From positions 1 to 53,816 of the IMG/VR virus record IMGVR_UViG_3300007539_000025: a DNA stretch of 53,816 bases, one strand, 5' to 3'. This document shows, in pieces, positions 1-7,658 of this stretch. A model generated the notes under the pieces. That model searched no databases and was not told where the DNA came from. It saw only the letters and a list, made by a program, of their open reading frames with translations. The first letter of the stretch is position 1. Each line of letters starts with the position of its first letter. The stretch comes from a virus. Lineage: Duplodnaviria; Caudoviricetes. Position numbers and translations under genes: made by a program.

Positions 1-25
1 CTCTATCCAGCTGAGCTACGGGTGC
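1..25 (-). tRNA. 5' part of a tRNA, probably tRNA-Arg, cut by the window edge
   Basis: Reverse complement reads GCACCCG-TA-GCTC-AGCTGGATA-GAG: acceptor 5' strand plus D-arm typical of bacterial tRNA-Arg. The anticodon lies outside the window. Confidence 0.8.
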
Positions 26-38
26 AATGTGTATAGCA

Positions 39-287
39 CTAGTCTAATAGTGTCATATACGCTTTGGGGTTAGCTGATCTAAACCAGTCTAAACCTTTCT
101 GCATTAGATCCCATTGTTGAAATCTTTCTGCGCCGATAATTAAATCGTACATTGCTACCTCGTTGGGTGACAGTAGGGCCTTATCGCCTGTAAATCTATT
201 TTCTACAGTTTCCCACTCGGTGTACTTCATGCCATCATACCACTTTGGTAATGGCTTTTGTCCTGTATCACTTTTCTTTCCACTCAT
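39..287 (-). CDS. hypothetical early protein (82 aa)
   Basis: ORF overlapping its upstream neighbour in a tight minus-strand operon. Confidence 0.8.
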   Translation of the reverse strand: MSGKKSDTGQKPLPKWYDGMKYTEWETVENRFTGDKALLSPNEVAMYDLIIGAERFQQWDLMQKGLDWFRSANPKAYMTLLD

Positions 288-708
288 AACCTTCTTCGAT
301 TAATTCGTTTTCAACTTCTTCTTTTTTATCATTGTAATAAAGCTCATACACTTCTTCAATAACTTCTTGAAAATTATAATCATCAAAGTCAAGATCGAAA
401 TGTATTCTCTGACCATCTACCATGGCATCAGGCATTTTTTCCAACCAATCATTATCATAGTAGTATACATCGTCACCGATATAAGGGTTTTTATCATCAT
501 TAGTAGCAACCCATATTTCATAACCATCAGAAGTTGTTTCAGGGTAAAACATTATATCATAACTACCACTCCAGCTTGTATCAATATCAAATTCAAAGTG
601 TTCTTGAATAGCTCTGTACTGATCTTCAGTATCTAGCTCAGACATTTCTACAACACCATGCTCTGATAGTCTTTCGTGTATTAAATCAAATGTTAACTCT
701 TTACTCAT
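268..708 (-). CDS. acidic hypothetical protein (146 aa)
   Basis: Very D/E- and aromatic-rich ORF; ATGA overlap with 705-944. Confidence 0.8.
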   Translation of the reverse strand: MSKELTFDLIHERLSEHGVVEMSELDTEDQYRAIQEHFEFDIDTSWSGSYDIMFYPETTSDGYEIWVATNDDKNPYIGDDVYYYDNDWLEKMPDAMVDGQRIHFDLDFDDYNFQEVIEEVYELYYNDKKEEVENELIEEGYEWKEK

Positions 709-944
709 GATCTTTCAATTATTTGGTTACCGAATATAAAGCTGTAAGAGCTTAGTTCTGAATTATTTAGGTTAGAGTATGTAATTATGTCGCTAACTTC
801 GCTGATAGTAAGGTCAGACCACAATGTTTTAGACATAAGAGTGTACTTTAATCTTTTAGCTGTGTCGTATTTTCTAGCACTTTCTTGCAATGCTTCTTTT
901 ACTTTTGGAACAAGTCCGTCATAAATGGTTTTAATTTTAGTCAT
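705..944 (-). CDS. hypothetical protein (79 aa)
   Basis: First ORF downstream of motif copy 963-994. Confidence 0.75.
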   Translation of the reverse strand: MTKIKTIYDGLVPKVKEALQESARKYDTAKRLKYTLMSKTLWSDLTISEVSDIITYSNLNNSELSSYSFIFGNQIIERS

Positions 945-962
945 ATTATTTTATTTAATTAT

Positions 963-994
963 ATTATCCAATAGTGTTCGTATTATGTATGTAA
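963..994 (-). promoter_or_regulatory. conserved motif copy 1 (TTACA-N5-AATACG-N9-GGATAAT), putative early promoter
   Basis: Plus strand attatcc-aatagtgtt-cgtatt-atgta-tgtaa, just upstream of the ATG at 944. Confidence 0.8.
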
Positions 995-1168
995 CAATTT
1001 CATTAGTGCGCTCTGCACGATGTGATTACAAGCTTCATTGTATTCATCACCTTCTAGTGTATCTACTATTGTACCGTCTACAGCCCAATCAATAGAATCT
1101 ACTATTATTTCACTTAAGTGACTCGCTACAGCTTCTGCAATTGAGTCAAGTTCTTTCATTTTACTCAT
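983..1168 (-). CDS. hypothetical protein (61 aa)
   Basis: ORF track; operon packing. Confidence 0.7.
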   Translation of the reverse strand: MSKMKELDSIAEAVASHLSEIIVDSIDWAVDGTIVDTLEGDEYNEACNHIVQSALMKLLHT

Positions 1169-1169
1169 A

Positions 1170-1310
1170 TTATTTAAATTTATTTGCTACTTCACGTATT
1201 TCTTCTTTATCTTCGCTGTCGAGCCCAGGTGTTTGCTGAGCGTACATGCGTAGTACATAGTGTACAAAAGTACAATCGTTTTCGCTTAGTTTAATTGTTT
1301 TAGTTGCCAT
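1170..1310 (-). CDS. small hypothetical protein (46 aa, MATKTIKLSENDC...)
   Basis: Translated by hand; fills the gap between 983-1168 and 1300-1596. Confidence 0.7.
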   Translation of the reverse strand: MATKTIKLSENDCTFVHYVLRMYAQQTPGLDSEDKEEIREVANKFK

Positions 1311-1596
1311 ACTCTATATTTTTTTCACTTGTTACCATCCACTCACAGTCACTTACCTTGTGACCTGCACCGTATAAAAACGATTCACAAGATTCTGTGT
1401 CAGGATTCCATTTATTTTCATCAGTACATAATACGCTAATGTCATATCTATATACTTTACCGTCTGTAAAATCTAGCAAGAATATGTATTTAGCTCTTTC
1501 ATCTGCAAACATAATTTCTTTATTATATTGCTCTGCATTTTCTCTGAGCTTTCTTTCTTCTTCCATTTCGTGCCATGCTGTTATAGTATCACTCAT
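1300..1596 (-). CDS. hypothetical protein (98 aa)
   Basis: ORF with ATGA overlap. Confidence 0.75.
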   Translation of the reverse strand: MSDTITAWHEMEEERKLRENAEQYNKEIMFADERAKYIFLLDFTDGKVYRYDISVLCTDENKWNPDTESCESFLYGAGHKVSDCEWMVTSEKNIEYGN

Positions 1597-1844
1597 GATT
1601 TTGCTATTTGTTTTAGTTGATTTACTGTATATTGTTTACCTGTTTCTTGCCACATACGGTTGTGAGTGAACTTACGAGCTTTGCTGTACGTCTTCTTGCC
1701 GTCAACTTTGTACCTCATATACTCTTTATCGGTAAGTCCACTACATCTACCGTCATGGACGTGCTTGCGTCTATGCTCCGCTGCACGTAATTTCTTTTGC
1801 TCTTCAACATAGTTGAGCAGATCTCTCATGTTATTAACTACCAT
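1593..1844 (-). CDS. basic hypothetical protein (83 aa)
   Basis: ORF, overlaps both neighbours. Confidence 0.75.
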   Translation of the reverse strand: MVVNNMRDLLNYVEEQKKLRAAEHRRKHVHDGRCSGLTDKEYMRYKVDGKKTYSKARKFTHNRMWQETGKQYTVNQLKQIAKS

Positions 1845-2038
1845 GGTAACTCTGATTTTTCAATATAAGTTAGACCTTTGTAGTTAAACCACTCGTATTT
1901 GCCGAGTTTACCTTCGTCATCTTTATATTTAACTCCGAATGACGGCGGTAGATCGCCGATTGTATAGCCTTTATACTCAACGCCGTTAAGCTTAGCTAAA
2001 TGAGTGTCATACTTTTTGTAGAATTTAATTGATTGCAT
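1838..2038 (-). CDS. hypothetical protein (66 aa)
   Basis: First ORF after motif copy 2. Confidence 0.75.
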   Translation of the reverse strand: MQSIKFYKKYDTHLAKLNGVEYKGYTIGDLPPSFGVKYKDDEGKLGKYEWFNYKGLTYIEKSELPW

Positions 2039-2066
2039 AGTAAATTATTTAATGTTATTTGATTAT

Positions 2067-2098
2067 ATTATCCAAGAGCTTACGTATTTTGTTTGTAA
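2067..2098 (-). promoter_or_regulatory. conserved motif copy 2, putative early promoter
   Basis: attatcc-aagagctta-cgtatt-ttgtt-tgtaa. Confidence 0.8.
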
Positions 2099-2460
2099 TT
2101 TTTTAAGTAGTACTCAACAATAAAAGCTAATCTAGTCATTTCATTGTATATTAGAGCTCTTGCCCATGCAGTACCTTTTCTTACGTAAGTTTTACCATCT
2201 TCACCAAGCCACATCCATCTGTCTTCTCTTTGATACTTAGGATTTAGTTGATAAATTCTGTCACTACTATCACATCTTCTAACGTAACCGCTAGAGTAAG
2301 AACCCATAAGCTCACCTGTTGGACATAAGAATATTCTTGTACCATTTCTAGCTTGTCTTTGTGTAGTAACTTCTTTAATTCCATGCTCAATGAGCATTCT
2401 TCTTGCGAACGAGTCGCATAGCATTTGGCGTTCTTGTTGCCAAGTGTAAGTGTTTTTCAT
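2080..2460 (-). CDS. hypothetical protein (start probably MKNTYTW at 2460)
   Basis: The start at 2460 has the shared ACTATG context and avoids overlap with 2471-2776. Confidence 0.75.
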   Translation of the reverse strand: MKNTYTWQQERQMLCDSFARRMLIEHGIKEVTTQRQARNGTRIFLCPTGELMGSYSSGYVRRCDSSDRIYQLNPKYQREDRWMWLGEDGKTYVRKGTAWARALIYNEMTRLAFIVEYYLKNYKQNT

Positions 2461-2470
2461 AGTATTTAAT

Positions 2471-2776
2471 TTAGTCGCCTTTCCAGTTATAAGGTGGAGT
2501 TGCGGCGGGTTGGTCATAAAATTTTGCACAAGCGGCATCACTTAGTTTCTGCATTTCGATATAGTGATCTTTATTATCTATTCTATCATCGATTCTTTCT
2601 AGCATATCTTCTTTAGTTGTAGTTGAGAAGCTAGCTAAGTTAACGCCTTCAAGTAGTTTTTCATCTTTACAAGTATAACCACTTGCAGGTTTACCATTCC
2701 AGGTAGTCCATTCTGAGTACGTATACTCTACACCTCGGTAGTTTAGTACGTCTTTGATATTTTCATTTGTAAGCAT
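2471..2776 (-). CDS. hypothetical protein (101 aa)
   Basis: ORF with AACTATG start context. Confidence 0.75.
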   Translation of the reverse strand: MLTNENIKDVLNYRGVEYTYSEWTTWNGKPASGYTCKDEKLLEGVNLASFSTTTKEDMLERIDDRIDNKDHYIEMQKLSDAACAKFYDQPAATPPYNWKGD

Positions 2777-2786
2777 AGTTATTAAT

Positions 2787-3002
2787 TTATCTTAGACAAG
2801 TTCCGTAGCCGCGACGCCTTGATGACTTTCTGATTGCTTCAGCTTGCGATTTAGACATAATTTGGATAGAGTTGCCCGTTTTATGATTAGTAATCGGAGC
2901 GCAACCATAAGCTTCAGTAGTTGAACAGCTGACACAAGTACGATAGTTTAACTTGATTCGTACAGGGTGGATAGCGTTACCGCAGCTACATATACTTGCC
3001 AT
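2787..3002 (-). CDS. TraR/DksA-like C4 zinc-finger protein
   Basis: CxCGxxIxxxR...CxxC (CSCGNAIHPVRIKLNYRTCVSC) matches the DksA/TraR zinc-finger pattern. Confidence 0.6.
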   Translation of the reverse strand: MASICSCGNAIHPVRIKLNYRTCVSCSTTEAYGCAPITNHKTGNSIQIMSKSQAEAIRKSSRRRGYGTCLR

Positions 3003-3028
3003 AATTATTTTATTTTAGTTACATTATT

Positions 3029-3060
3029 ATTATCCAACAGTGTTCGTATTTTGTTTGTAA
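3029..3060 (-). promoter_or_regulatory. conserved motif copy 3, putative early promoter
   Basis: attatcc-aacagtgtt-cgtatt-ttgtt-tgtaa. Confidence 0.8.
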
Positions 3061-3164
3061 TAAACTCTGTTGTAGCGATCATACCACTCATCTTCAATCA
3101 TCATTATTTGTTGACGAGTTAGCTTGATTATCTTATTATGAGAGTGTTTTCTAGTGCGAGCCAT
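3030..3164 (-). CDS. small hypothetical protein (44 aa, MARTRKHSH...)
   Basis: Hand-translated; its 3' end encodes motif copy 3. Confidence 0.6.
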   Translation of the reverse strand: MARTRKHSHNKIIKLTRQQIMMIEDEWYDRYNRVYYKQNTNTVG

Positions 3165-3285
3165 AGTGATATTCAGTATATTCTTCAACAGTGACCCACT
3201 TGTCGATCTCGTTAGCGTATATCATTCCGTCGATGACATGCTCGTCTTCAAAAGACCATAGTTGATTGTGGTTAAACTTTCTCAT
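3151..3285 (-). CDS. small hypothetical protein (44 aa, MRKFNHNQLW...)
   Basis: Hand-translated; overlaps both neighbours. Confidence 0.65.
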   Translation of the reverse strand: MRKFNHNQLWSFEDEHVIDGMIYANEIDKWVTVEEYTEYHYGSH

Positions 3286-3412
3286 TTGTTTCTTTGTAAA
3301 AGGTTATTCTTTCTTCAACATCTTGTCTAGTTATCTCGCCTTTCATTTGTTTTAAGACGTCACTAGTCATATCTATTTGTTTACCGTTAGGACAAGTTAG
3401 TATAAATTGCAT
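3272..3412 (-). CDS. small hypothetical protein (46 aa, MQFILTCPNGK...)
   Basis: Hand-translated; AACTATG start. Confidence 0.65.
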   Translation of the reverse strand: MQFILTCPNGKQIDMTSDVLKQMKGEITRQDVEERITFYKETNEKV

Positions 3413-3430
3413 AGTTAATAGTTTTATAGT

Positions 3431-3512
3431 TAGAAGTCATTGCAAGAATCGAACTTGCACAAGTGATAGAGTTGGTATTCGTCCATCGTTGTCACTTGCA
3501 ACCGTTATGACT
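3431..3512 (-). ncRNA. tRNA-like RNA 1 (acceptor-like stem, T-arm, no D-stem, long central hairpin)
   Basis: AGTCAT-A-ACGGTT-G-[CAAGTGA...TCACTTG]-T-GCAAG-TTCGATT-CTTGC-A-ATGACT-T-CTA. Confidence 0.7.
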
Positions 3513-3522
3513 AGTTGTATTT

Positions 3523-3696
3523 TTAAATTGTTACACCATTGAAGATTACTTGATAAGTCATGAAGATAATACCTGTTATAGCTAGAGGAGCTAAGAAACC
3601 GAAAGCAAATACTTCAGCGATTACTTCAAAGATTGGTTTAGATTTTACATAGTTTTGCACTGCAGGAATAAATCCTCTGAATTTAAATTTAGACAT
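3523..3696 (-). CDS. small membrane protein (57 aa)
   Basis: Hand-translated MSKFKFRG...; hydrophobic stretch IAEVFAFGFLAPLAITGIIFM. Confidence 0.7.
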   Translation of the reverse strand: MSKFKFRGFIPAVQNYVKSKPIFEVIAEVFAFGFLAPLAITGIIFMTYQVIFNGVTI

Positions 3697-3723
3697 AGTT
3701 ATTTGATTTTATTAGTTATTATT

Positions 3724-3755
3724 ATTATCCATCTACTTACGTATTATATTTGTAT
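3724..3755 (-). promoter_or_regulatory. conserved motif copy 4, putative early promoter
   Basis: attatcc-atctactta-cgtatt-atatt-tgtat (one mismatch). Confidence 0.78.
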
Positions 3756-3874
3756 TAGTAGAAGTCGTAGTATATATTTAGAACTTCATTTCTTTGTTCT
3801 TTAGTTAGTAAGTTCCAGTGCTTTCCGAACTTGCGAAAGCTAATTTTTAGTAAATATGTATTCATGTGAGCCAT
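3755..3874 (-). CDS. small hypothetical protein (39 aa, MAHMNTYLLK...)
   Basis: Hand-translated; AACTATG start. Confidence 0.6.
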   Translation of the reverse strand: MAHMNTYLLKISFRKFGKHWNLLTKEQRNEVLNIYYDFY

Positions 3875-3910
3875 AGTTATATATTTTAATTGATTAGACA
3901 AAAGTTTTAA

Positions 3911-3954
3911 TAGTTGTCACGAGTGGAATCGAACCACTATTAACCATTGTGACA
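3911..3954 (-). ncRNA. tRNA-like RNA 2 (minimal: acceptor-like stem plus T-arm, no anticodon arm)
   Basis: TGTCAC-A-ATGGTT-AAT-AGTGG-TTCGATT-CCACT-C-GTGACA-A-CTA. Confidence 0.7.
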
Positions 3955-4023
3955 GGTTTCTGTTCAACTGTATTTATACTCGAGAGAACACATTTCAACG
4001 CCGAGTGAAACAAAGAGTAGTTA

Positions 4024-4254
4024 TTAGACTACTTCTTTGTCTCTTAGTACAACTGGAACACTTGTTGAAGAAGTATAGCTTTTGTACTTTTGAAAGCAAG
4101 GCATAGACTCTAGTTTATCTTTCATGATTTCATATACTTTATCATGATTGTAAGTGAATGTTTTGCCTGACTTGAATTCTACATTGATAGTAGAGTTTTG
4201 ACCGATTAAAGATTTTCTGATAACAAATCTTTTTGAAGTAATTGAATTTGACAT
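4024..4254 (-). CDS. hypothetical protein (76 aa), first gene of the leftward unit
   Basis: ORF preceded by two motif copies. Confidence 0.8.
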   Translation of the reverse strand: MSNSITSKRFVIRKSLIGQNSTINVEFKSGKTFTYNHDKVYEIMKDKLESMPCFQKYKSYTSSTSVPVVLRDKEVV

Positions 4255-4287
4255 AGTTATTATATTTAAGTTATTATTTACATTTAT

Positions 4288-4319
4288 ATTATCCGTTTGC
4301 TGTCGTATTAGCTTTGTAA
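4288..4319 (-). promoter_or_regulatory. conserved motif copy 5, putative early promoter
   Basis: attatcc-gtttgctgt-cgtatt-agctt-tgtaa. Confidence 0.8.
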
Positions 4320-4426
4320 TAAAAGTTAGTGTTTTGTTTACTTGTTATTATTTGTTAAGTATTGTTCCGCACTTTCTCTCAATATCTAATTTACTTTTAG
4401 TTTTATTAGTTATTACTTACAATATA

Positions 4427-4458
4427 ATTATCCATGTGTAGTCGTATTAAGTCTGTAA
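4427..4458 (-). promoter_or_regulatory. conserved motif copy 6, putative early promoter
   Basis: attatcc-atgtgtagt-cgtatt-aagtc-tgtaa. Confidence 0.8.
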
Positions 4459-4513
4459 AATAAATGTGAAATAAAATAATAAAATAAAAATATAGTAAAT
4501 AAAAATATATAGG

Positions 4514-4545
4514 TTACATGGGAAATACGAGGCGAAGCGGATAAT
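4514..4545 (+). promoter_or_regulatory. conserved motif copy 7, divergent orientation
   Basis: ttaca-tggga-aatacg-aggcgaagc-ggataat. Confidence 0.75.
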
Positions 4546-4729
4546 GCAGGTGGGGCCCGCTTAAGCAAATGCGTTTTCGTTTTAGTGCAGGTGCGGTAAG
4601 GGGAGGGGGCAACACTATACCTCTAAATATCTAACAAATTTAAAAATATGACAGTAGCCTATAAAGTTATATAAGTAACTACCTATTGTCACACTTTAAA
4701 ATTTAAATAAACCATGTAATTATTCTGGT

Positions 4730-4948
4730 ATGGCAATAGCGAACTCACAAGGATTATCAAGAACAGCACTAGCAGCAAAGCGAGCTAGAGACTTAGCAGC
4801 AGCTAAAACACCTAAGCGTAGAGCTAGGAAAGCTGAAAATCAACGCATCGGACAAAGATCTGATAGCGATCTGCATCATGATGGTAGCGCTGTTAGAAGA
4901 GTATCTATAGCCTATAATAGAGCTACTCACACAAGAGGAGAAGTATGA
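4730..4948 (+). CDS. small basic protein, possibly a minimal HNH-like domain
   Basis: DLHH...RRVS...NRA resembles short phage HNH motifs; R/K-rich N-terminal helix. Confidence 0.5.
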   Translation: MAIANSQGLSRTALAAKRARDLAAAKTPKRRARKAENQRIGQRSDSDLHHDGSAVRRVSIAYNRATHTRGEV

Positions 4949-5052
4949 TTTACGACCTATTATTAATGTTCGGCACGGTAGCAGCTAGTTTTTTATTCCA
5001 TGTTGTAGTGTACGAATCAACCTTTGATAAACCAAATAAAAAGCGTAAATAA
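4945..5052 (+). CDS. small membrane peptide (35 aa)
   Basis: Hand-translated MIYDLLLMFGTVAASFLFHVVVY...KKRK; ATGA overlap. Confidence 0.55.
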   Translation: MIYDLLLMFGTVAASFLFHVVVYESTFDKPNKKRK

Positions 5053-5096
5053 GATCCGCTTAACCAAGTATCTTAAAAACCTTAAACCTTAATAAA

Positions 5097-5387
5097 ATGA
5101 CTTATTTTTATTACAAAACAAATACCTGGAACAACTCCAATACGGGTATTACCGAGGAAACCATTAACTATTGGAAACACCTTGTAGACAAAAAGAATTG
5201 GAGAATTACACAATTACCTAACGGTTTCTACCAGACAGAAGTAAAAGATCAAGATGATCAATGGTCTGATGTAACTAGACGAGAAACTATTGATGGCGCT
5301 GAAGCAGCAATTGATGGTAGCATCGAACATTACAATAAGAAGCTAGACTTTGTAAAAGGTCCTAAGGTAGTTAAAACATTTGAATAG
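5097..5387 (+). CDS. hypothetical protein (96 aa)
   Basis: ORF directly upstream of groEL. Confidence 0.8.
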   Translation: MTYFYYKTNTWNNSNTGITEETINYWKHLVDKKNWRITQLPNGFYQTEVKDQDDQWSDVTRRETIDGAEAAIDGSIEHYNKKLDFVKGPKVVKTFE

Positions 5388-5406
5388 GAAATAAAAATTT
5401 AATTTA

Positions 5407-6972
5407 ATGGAATATAATAACCCTAGCGAAATTGTCAAGGATTTACACTTTGGTAATGACGCAAAGAACAAGATAGTGGCTGGTGTATCAAAACTAGCCG
5501 AAGCAGTTAAGTCTACCTTGGGTGCATCAGGTAGATGTGTAGTTTACGAGGATGCCCTCGGAAAACCGGTGATAACAAAAGATGGTGTAACCGTTGCGGA
5601 AAGCGTAGTCTTACTTGATCCGGTTGAAAACATAGGTGCTACATTAATTAAAGAAGCTGCAAGGAACACAGTGAAAGAAGCAGGTGACGGTACTACTACA
5701 GCTACCGTCCTTGCTGAATCACTATTGAAATATGCTGAAGAAGCGGAAGGAACTCCTAGAGAAAAGAAAAACGGTATAAACAATTATGCCAATAAAGTAT
5801 ATGATTATTTAAATTCTATAACAATACCAGTAGAAGGTGATATGTTAGAGAACGTAGCAAATATATCATGTAATAACGATAAGGAGTTAGGTTATATCAT
5901 ATCTGAGGCTTACAATAAAGTAGGTAAATCAGGTGTGGTTTTGATGGAAGAGTCTGAGTCTGACCAAACGTACGTTGATATTGTAGATGGAGTACAAATA
6001 GAGTCTGGCCTTAAATCACCACACCTTATTACTAATAAAGATAAACAGATATGTGAACTAGATAACCCATATATATTAATAGTATCTAGTAAAATACCTA
6101 ATATAAGAAAAATACAACCTATATTAGAACATGTAATTAAAACTAAAAGATCTTTACTTATAGTTGCTGATGTTGAAACTCAAGTATCAGCTACACTTTT
6201 AATGAATAAAGTTAAAGGTAATATAAAAGTAAACTATATAGATCTACCTGGTTTTGGTCCTACGCGTCAAGAAACAACAGAAGACTTAGCACTTTTAACT
6301 GGTGCAATTGTTATGAATGAAGATCTTGGCGATGATTTAGACTTAATAAAACCAGATGTTTTAGGTGAAGCTGTAAAATGTATTACAGATGACAAGACTA
6401 CAGTACTAACTATAGGTGATACAGCTGGTATTTTAACAGAAAGAATAGAAGAAGTACAAAAGCTGATCAAAAAAGAGAAAAACCAGTACATAAAACGTAG
6501 ACTAGAGCAAAGAATAGCTATGTTAAGTGGTACTGTTGGTGTAGTTAAGGTAGGTGCAAACTCAAAAATTGAGTTAAAAGAGAAAAAAGACCGAGTAGAA
6601 GATGCTATTTACGCTGTAAAAGCAGCTTTGAAAGAAGGTATTGTGCCAGGAGGTGGTAGAGCACTTGCAGAAGCGGCTGAAAATTGTGAGCCACTTGATG
6701 AATTTGAGTTAATTTTGCAAAAAACGCTGTTTTCACCGTTTAAAACTATACTAAAAAACGCAGATATGTCTAATCTTACAACAGAAGGCATCGAAAAAGG
6801 TTATGGATATGACGTAACTTGCGGTTGTATTAAGAATTTAATCGAAACTGGTATTATAGATCCAGTTTTAGTAACAAAATCTGCATTAAAAAACGCTATT
6901 TCAGTAGTTTCTACTATAATTTCAGCAAATTGTGTAATATCTAATATAAGAATAGACAATGCAAGCAATTAA
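5407..6972 (+). CDS. groEL: phage chaperonin GroEL
   Basis: [29 protein letters not shown] and GIIDP motifs; no C-terminal GGM tail. Confidence 0.97.
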   Translation: MEYNNPSEIVKDLHFGNDAKNKIVAGVSKLAEAVKSTLGASGRCVVYEDALGKPVITKDGVTVAESVVLLDPVENIGATLIKEAARNTVKEAGDGTTTATVLAESLLKYAEEAEGTPREKKNGINNYANKVYDYLNSITIPVEGDMLENVANISCNNDKELGYIISEAYNKVGKSGVVLMEESESDQTYVDIVDGVQIESGLKSPHLITNKDKQICELDNPYILIVSSKIPNIRKIQPILEHVIKTKRSLLIVADVETQVSATLLMNKVKGNIKVNYIDLPGFGPTRQETTEDLALLTGAIVMNEDLGDDLDLIKPDVLGEAVKCITDDKTTVLTIGDTAGILTERIEEVQKLIKKEKNQYIKRRLEQRIAMLSGTVGVVKVGANSKIELKEKKDRVEDAIYAVKAALKEGIVPGGGRALAEAAENCEPLDEFELILQKTLFSPFKTILKNADMSNLTTEGIEKGYGYDVTCGCIKNLIETGIIDPVLVTKSALKNAISVVSTIISANCVISNIRIDNASN

Positions 6973-7219
6973 TTATTATATTATAGTAGAAAAAATAAAA
7001 GTCGAGCCGAAGAAAGTAGGTGGACTTATACTAACTGACAAAGTTGATGACGAAAACAGGTATATTAAAGCTAAAATTATTTCTATTGGCAATTTAGTAC
7101 CTGATAGTGTAAAAAAAGGTGATGTTGTTTATTTTGATAGACACGCTGGTCATGGTATAACGTTTAATGAAACTAGATACCATGTTATACAAGTTGGCGA
7201 TGTCGTACTAGTGGCATGA
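6959..7219 (+). CDS. groES: co-chaperonin GroES
   Basis: Mobile loop KKVGGLIL, ISIG, VKKGDVVYF; overlaps the end of groEL. Confidence 0.9.
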   Translation: MQAINYYIIVEKIKVEPKKVGGLILTDKVDDENRYIKAKIISIGNLVPDSVKKGDVVYFDRHAGHGITFNETRYHVIQVGDVVLVA

Positions 7220-7656
7220 GATTAAGTGCTCAAGATATTAGAGAGATAGGATTGTTTAAGTATTACAGGCTCGTTCGTAAATGGGCCTGTAAAACTTACA
7301 AGCTAAATGATGCTGATCTAGAACTTTTAATATATTTAGATTGCAAATCGCGATTTACACGTAATGATTTTATAGAAGGCGTTTACACTTATTCATGGGA
7401 TAAGCAACGCTGGGAAAGGTTAAGAAAAAACGGTTGGATAGAAGTTTGGCGCCACCGTAACCGCACTTCAATTAAATACAGCATTTTTAAGACCTCATTT
7501 AAATGCTCACAATTAATCAGTAGAATTTACAGAATATTACTAGGTGAAGAAGATCTTCCTACTTCAGATAGAAATATTTTTTTTAATAATAGATCATACT
7601 CAGATAAAGTATATAACAAAGCTATTGACGATATGATTAAAGATAAAGATAGATAA
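7216..7656 (+). CDS. putative winged-helix DNA-binding protein
   Basis: LNDADLELLIYL...RLRKNGWIEV resembles MarR-type wHTH. Confidence 0.55.
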   Translation: MRLSAQDIREIGLFKYYRLVRKWACKTYKLNDADLELLIYLDCKSRFTRNDFIEGVYTYSWDKQRWERLRKNGWIEVWRHRNRTSIKYSIFKTSFKCSQLISRIYRILLGEEDLPTSDRNIFFNNRSYSDKVYNKAIDDMIKDKDR

Positions 7657-7658
7657 TT

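Noticed and set aside
367-1669. Plus-strand ORFs 367-636 and 1397-1669
   Set aside because: Antisense shadows of well-packed minus-strand genes.
3431-3512. Canonical tRNA-Phe (GAA in the loop ACGAATA)
   Set aside because: No D-stem, no U33, only a 3-bp stem under the loop and an over-long arm; reported as a tRNA mimic instead.
963-4545. The repeated motif as a CRISPR array or attC-like cassette sites
   Set aside because: Spacing is irregular, internal spacers vary, there is no palindrome, no cas or integrase gene is present, and some copies overlap coding ends; a promoter or binding site fits better.
5407-7219. Host chromosomal groESL indicating a prophage boundary or chimeric assembly
   Set aside because: Reversed order, divergent sequence, overlap with phage genes and the same codon style; no integrase or host genes nearby.
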